64,000 nt of DNA from a bacterium (GTDB lineage: Bacteria > DRYD01): the NCBI GenBank assembly GCA_039630415.1, contig JBCNVB010000018.1, positions 96,001 to 160,000 on the forward strand, read 5' to 3'. This document shows, piece by piece, positions 60,724 through 64,000 of the stretch (the first letter of the stretch is position 1; each line of letters begins with the position of its first letter). A program made the position numbers and the translations under genes. The notes below the pieces were generated by a model. That model was not told the origin of the DNA. It saw only the letters and a list, made by a program, of their open reading frames with translations, and made no database searches.

Positions 60724-62041
60724 CCTTAATTAATCTTACCCTCCTTTTTATAACGAAAAACATAGTTACGAGCAGAAAAGCAAAGGGTAAAACTAAATAG
60801 AAAACGTAGAGAAGCAGCTGATGACCAGCAGGTATAAGAATGGGTACATCTGGAATATCCTTGGGTTTGAAAACAAATCCTGTTTCATTTCCAGCAAAGT
60901 AATCAATAATAGCAAGAATAAAGTTTAGATTTTCTCCCGCATTTAATAGAAGGTTCATAAACATACTATAGTCCCCTATAACAAGAAGATTAGCTTTCTT
61001 ATCTTTGAATATTTTCTCAGACATTATTGCTACATTGTAGTCCTTAACAAGATCTTTACTCAGTACCACCTTACCTTTTTTGATCATATCCTTAGTAATC
61101 ATTATACCTTTTGCGGTTAAAACTTCAGATAGAGAAGAATCATTTGAATTCTGAGCCCTATTTATGGGTAGTGGAGTTATCAGATAAAAATTAACGTTTG
61201 ATAATGCTGCAAGATATGGCAAATTAACAGGATTACCAATAACAACAGATAAATTATTCGGATCAAGACCTATTATCGAATTCTCAGATATTTCTATACC
61301 AAAATCACTAACCAACTTAGTTATGTTAGGAAATTTAGATTTGTTATACTCTTTTATAGCTAATATTACTTTTCCACCTTCATACAAATATTTTCTGACC
61401 TTAGATATTTCATAGTCAGAAAAATCTATTTTAGGAGCTATTATGAATAGTGCTAATGGATTGTAAAGTTCATTAGTAGCTAGATTTATGGTTTCAACAT
61501 TTAACCCTTCATCAGTTAGAGATTTGGATAAATTACTTAAACCTCTTGGATTATAGTCATCAATACTGGGCTCTTTATGACCTGTGGTTATTAATATCTT
61601 TCCCTGCTTTTGGCGTAACAAGTTTGAAACAACGTTTGCAAACTTTTCATTATCTATCGTACTTTCAAACTTTTTTCTATTCTTATACATTATCAAAACT
61701 TGGTTTGAAGAAGAGAATCCATACAATTGAGCCTTGACAATATCTCTACGCGGATCCAAAAACTCATACTTTACTTTCTTCGAATATCTCGATAAATTAA
61801 CCAATGTTTGAGAAATGTTTTCATATTCCTGACTACCTTTATCATATAAAACCTTTACATATACATCTTCCTCTAGTCTATTTAGAAGGTCTATTATTTT
61901 CTTATCCAAGGTATATCTTTTATTCTTTGTCCAGTCAAAAACTACTGGGTTCCTCTCCAACAAATAGACCAATATTATACCAATTAAAACTATGGCTAGT
62001 ATTTCCAATATTCTATTAGCAAATTTCCCCATAATCAACAC
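60710..62041 (-). CDS. GldG-like ABC transporter auxiliary component
   Basis: D.T.NK.YTL, GH.E, AP..DFS..E...YL..GG and N.NF patterns; TM helix at both ends. Confidence 0.85.
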   Translation of the reverse strand: MLIMGKFANRILEILAIVLIGIILVYLLERNPVVFDWTKNKRYTLDKKIIDLLNRLEEDVYVKVLYDKGSQEYENISQTLVNLSRYSKKVKYEFLDPRRDIVKAQLYGFSSSNQVLIMYKNRKKFESTIDNEKFANVVSNLLRQKQGKILITTGHKEPSIDDYNPRGLSNLSKSLTDEGLNVETINLATNELYNPLALFIIAPKIDFSDYEISKVRKYLYEGGKVILAIKEYNKSKFPNITKLVSDFGIEISENSIIGLDPNNLSVVIGNPVNLPYLAALSNVNFYLITPLPINRAQNSNDSSLSEVLTAKGIMITKDMIKKGKVVLSKDLVKDYNVAIMSEKIFKDKKANLLVIGDYSMFMNLLLNAGENLNFILAIIDYFAGNETGFVFKPKDIPDVPILIPAGHQLLLYVFYLVLPFAFLLVTMFFVIKRRVRLIKDVSK

Positions 62042-62045
62042 CTCT

Positions 62046-64000
62046 TTATACCTTCTCTTCTACTACTTCTTCTATGGAGACATTCTTGTATAGAGAGTAG
62101 TTAGTACCTACTGGTACTGGTTTTCCTATTATGATATTTTCTTTTAGCCCTGTAAGGTGATCTTTCTTACCACTTATAGCAGCGTAGGATATCATTCTTG
62201 TTATTTCCTGGAATGAAGCAGAAGAAAGCCAAGATTCTGAAGTTAAAGCTGCCTTACTTATACCTAAAACTTCCGGAAGAGCTCTGATTAATTTTCCACC
62301 TTTTCTTGCTATTATATTATTCAGATATTCCACTACAAATTTATCCACTAATTCACCATACATTAGAGTACTATCTCCCGGATCATCGATTTTAACAAAT
62401 CTAAACATTTGCCTTATTATTATTTCCATATGTTTGTCATGAATAAACACACCCTGGCTTAGATATACTTTTTGCATTTCATCAAGTACATACATTTGGG
62501 ATATTTCTATAGCTTTTTTAACTTGTGGATGGTGAATAATATCTATTTCATTATCTTTATTTTCTTCTCTAACCTTTTCTATTACTTTCTCTATGAATTC
62601 CTTTGGAGAAATAGTTCCAACGATAATGGTAGTTCCTGCGGTGATTACTTGTCCCTCATTAACAGCTAATTTTCTAGTTAGAGGGACTTCTATATAATAC
62701 TCTTTTCCTGTTTCTAGACCTTTAAGTACTACAACGTTTGATGTAGTTTTGTTTTCTATCCTTACAACACGTGAATCTTCAACAGCAAATAAGCTACTAT
62801 GGTATTTAGTCTTCTTTCTGATTTCTAATAGTTCTTGAACCCTTGGTATACCTTGTATTATGTCATAATCAAGTGCTACACCACCAGTATGGAAAGTTCT
62901 TAGAGTTAATTGAGTACCGGGTTCACCAATACTTTGTGCAGCTATTATTCCCACAGCTTCTCCAAGATCTATTAATCTATTACCCAATCCCAAATCTTCA
63001 CCATAACACTTCTTACACACACCTTTGAAAACCTTACATTTCAAAACACTTCTCACTTTTGCTTCAGTATAGTACTTAGCTACCTGCTTAGCTTTGTTCC
63101 TGTCTATTAGTTCCCCTTTGCGCACTATTATTTGGTTAGTTATTGGATCTATAAAATCTTGAGCTGCAACTCTTCCTCTAATCCTATTTACTAAAGGTAA
63201 TATCTCTTCTTCCATAAATACAGATACTTTATCTTTTTGACTTTGCTTAAGTTTCTGATATATGGTAAAATCTATAGTTTGATATTTTTCTGCTACATTT
63301 GGTATATTTTCAGCTAATACTTTTCCAAAAGACTTCTCCACTTCAATCATTTCTGGTTCTAGGGTATAATGAACAATCTTTATAGGCTTAATTACAATAT
63401 ACTCTTCAGTTTGACAATCTTCTTCTCTTACTACAACATCTTGTGCTACATCAACCAATTTTCGAGTTAGATATCCTGCATCTGCTGTTCTTAAAGCAGT
63501 ATCAACTAATCCCTTCCTTCCTCCGTGACTTGCTATGAAGTAGTCAAATACTCCTAAACCTTCAGTAAATGAATTCTTAATAGGTAAGGGAATTATTTCT
63601 CCTTTTGGATTAACCATTAGTCCTCTTATTGCAACCAATTGTTTTGCTTGATCAACATTACCCCTTGCTCCCGAGTTAGCTAACATCCATATAGAGTTAA
63701 GAGGCATATGCTCAGACATATGTGATTTAAAATCATCTGTTACCTTATCAGTTGCATCATACCATGTATCTATTATCTTTCTTTTTCTTTCTTCATCATT
63801 TAATAGACCCATACTGTACATTTCTTCCCAGACCAATTCCTGCTCAGAAGCTTTTGATATTATAGCTTGCTTATTCGGAGGAATAACTAATTCGTCAATA
63901 GAGATGGTAGTACCTGACCTGGTGGCAAAAAGAAAACCTATTTCCTTCAACTCATCCAGTACAGGCTGAGTCTTATGCATTCCATATGTATATATACACT
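62046..64000 (-). CDS. rpoC: RNA polymerase beta' subunit, 3' part (5' end outside the window)
   Basis: SGARG, bridge helix RKGLVDTAL.TA..GYLTR, trigger loop IGEPGTQLTLRTFH, SFQE and GLKEN.I.G motifs. Confidence 0.98.
   Translation of the reverse strand, partial: CIYTYGMHKTQPVLDELKEIGFLFATRSGTTISIDELVIPPNKQAIISKASEQELVWEEMYSMGLLNDEERKRKIIDTWYDATDKVTDDFKSHMSEHMPLNSIWMLANSGARGNVDQAKQLVAIRGLMVNPKGEIIPLPIKNSFTEGLGVFDYFIASHGGRKGLVDTALRTADAGYLTRKLVDVAQDVVVREEDCQTEEYIVIKPIKIVHYTLEPEMIEVEKSFGKVLAENIPNVAEKYQTIDFTIYQKLKQSQKDKVSVFMEEEILPLVNRIRGRVAAQDFIDPITNQIIVRKGELIDRNKAKQVAKYYTEAKVRSVLKCKVFKGVCKKCYGEDLGLGNRLIDLGEAVGIIAAQSIGEPGTQLTLRTFHTGGVALDYDIIQGIPRVQELLEIRKKTKYHSSLFAVEDSRVVRIENKTTSNVVVLKGLETGKEYYIEVPLTRKLAVNEGQVITAGTTIIVGTISPKEFIEKVIEKVREENKDNEIDIIHHPQVKKAIEISQMYVLDEMQKVYLSQGVFIHDKHMEIIIRQMFRFVKIDDPGDSTLMYGELVDKFVVEYLNNIIARKGGKLIRALPEVLGISKAALTSESWLSSASFQEITRMISYAAISGKKDHLTGLKENIIIGKPVPVGTNYSLYKNVSIEEVVEEKV

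Overview
AT-rich, very gene-dense bacterial chromosome segment made almost entirely of housekeeping genes in heavily shuffled order: murF, apt, upp, pdp, PBP1A, nusB, dnaX, xerC, rpoA-rpsD-rpsK, dxs, rnc, pilC, mtaB, galE, acpS, truA, hemL, spoVS, a divergent EF-G paralog, GH57, cca, two lytic transglycosylases, obgE, tdk, plsY, a P1B ATPase, mreC, cmk, icd, asnB, dapD, rimI, wecB, gldG-like/DUF4340 and the 3' part of rpoC. It also holds three tRNAs (Ile2-CAT, Leu-GAG, Glu-TTC) and a tmRNA. I saw no prophage, IS, CRISPR array or defence island. The most striking signal is non-coding. Twelve sites upstream of transcription units, including tRNA, tmRNA and ribosomal-protein genes, share RAGG-N(15-18, mostly 16-17)-TWDAAW. 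This resembles the Bacillus sigma-H consensus rather than sigma-70 TTGACA, suggesting a sigma-H-like or rewired housekeeping promoter code. Other notable items are an H-type pseudoknot directly upstream of rpsD (candidate new S4 leader), an A10 frameshift in an AmgK/APH-like kinase, mRNAs starting just behind tRNAs with no SD, C33 in tRNA-Glu, and no intrinsic terminators at convergent junctions. All calls come from reading motifs by eye; no database search was run.
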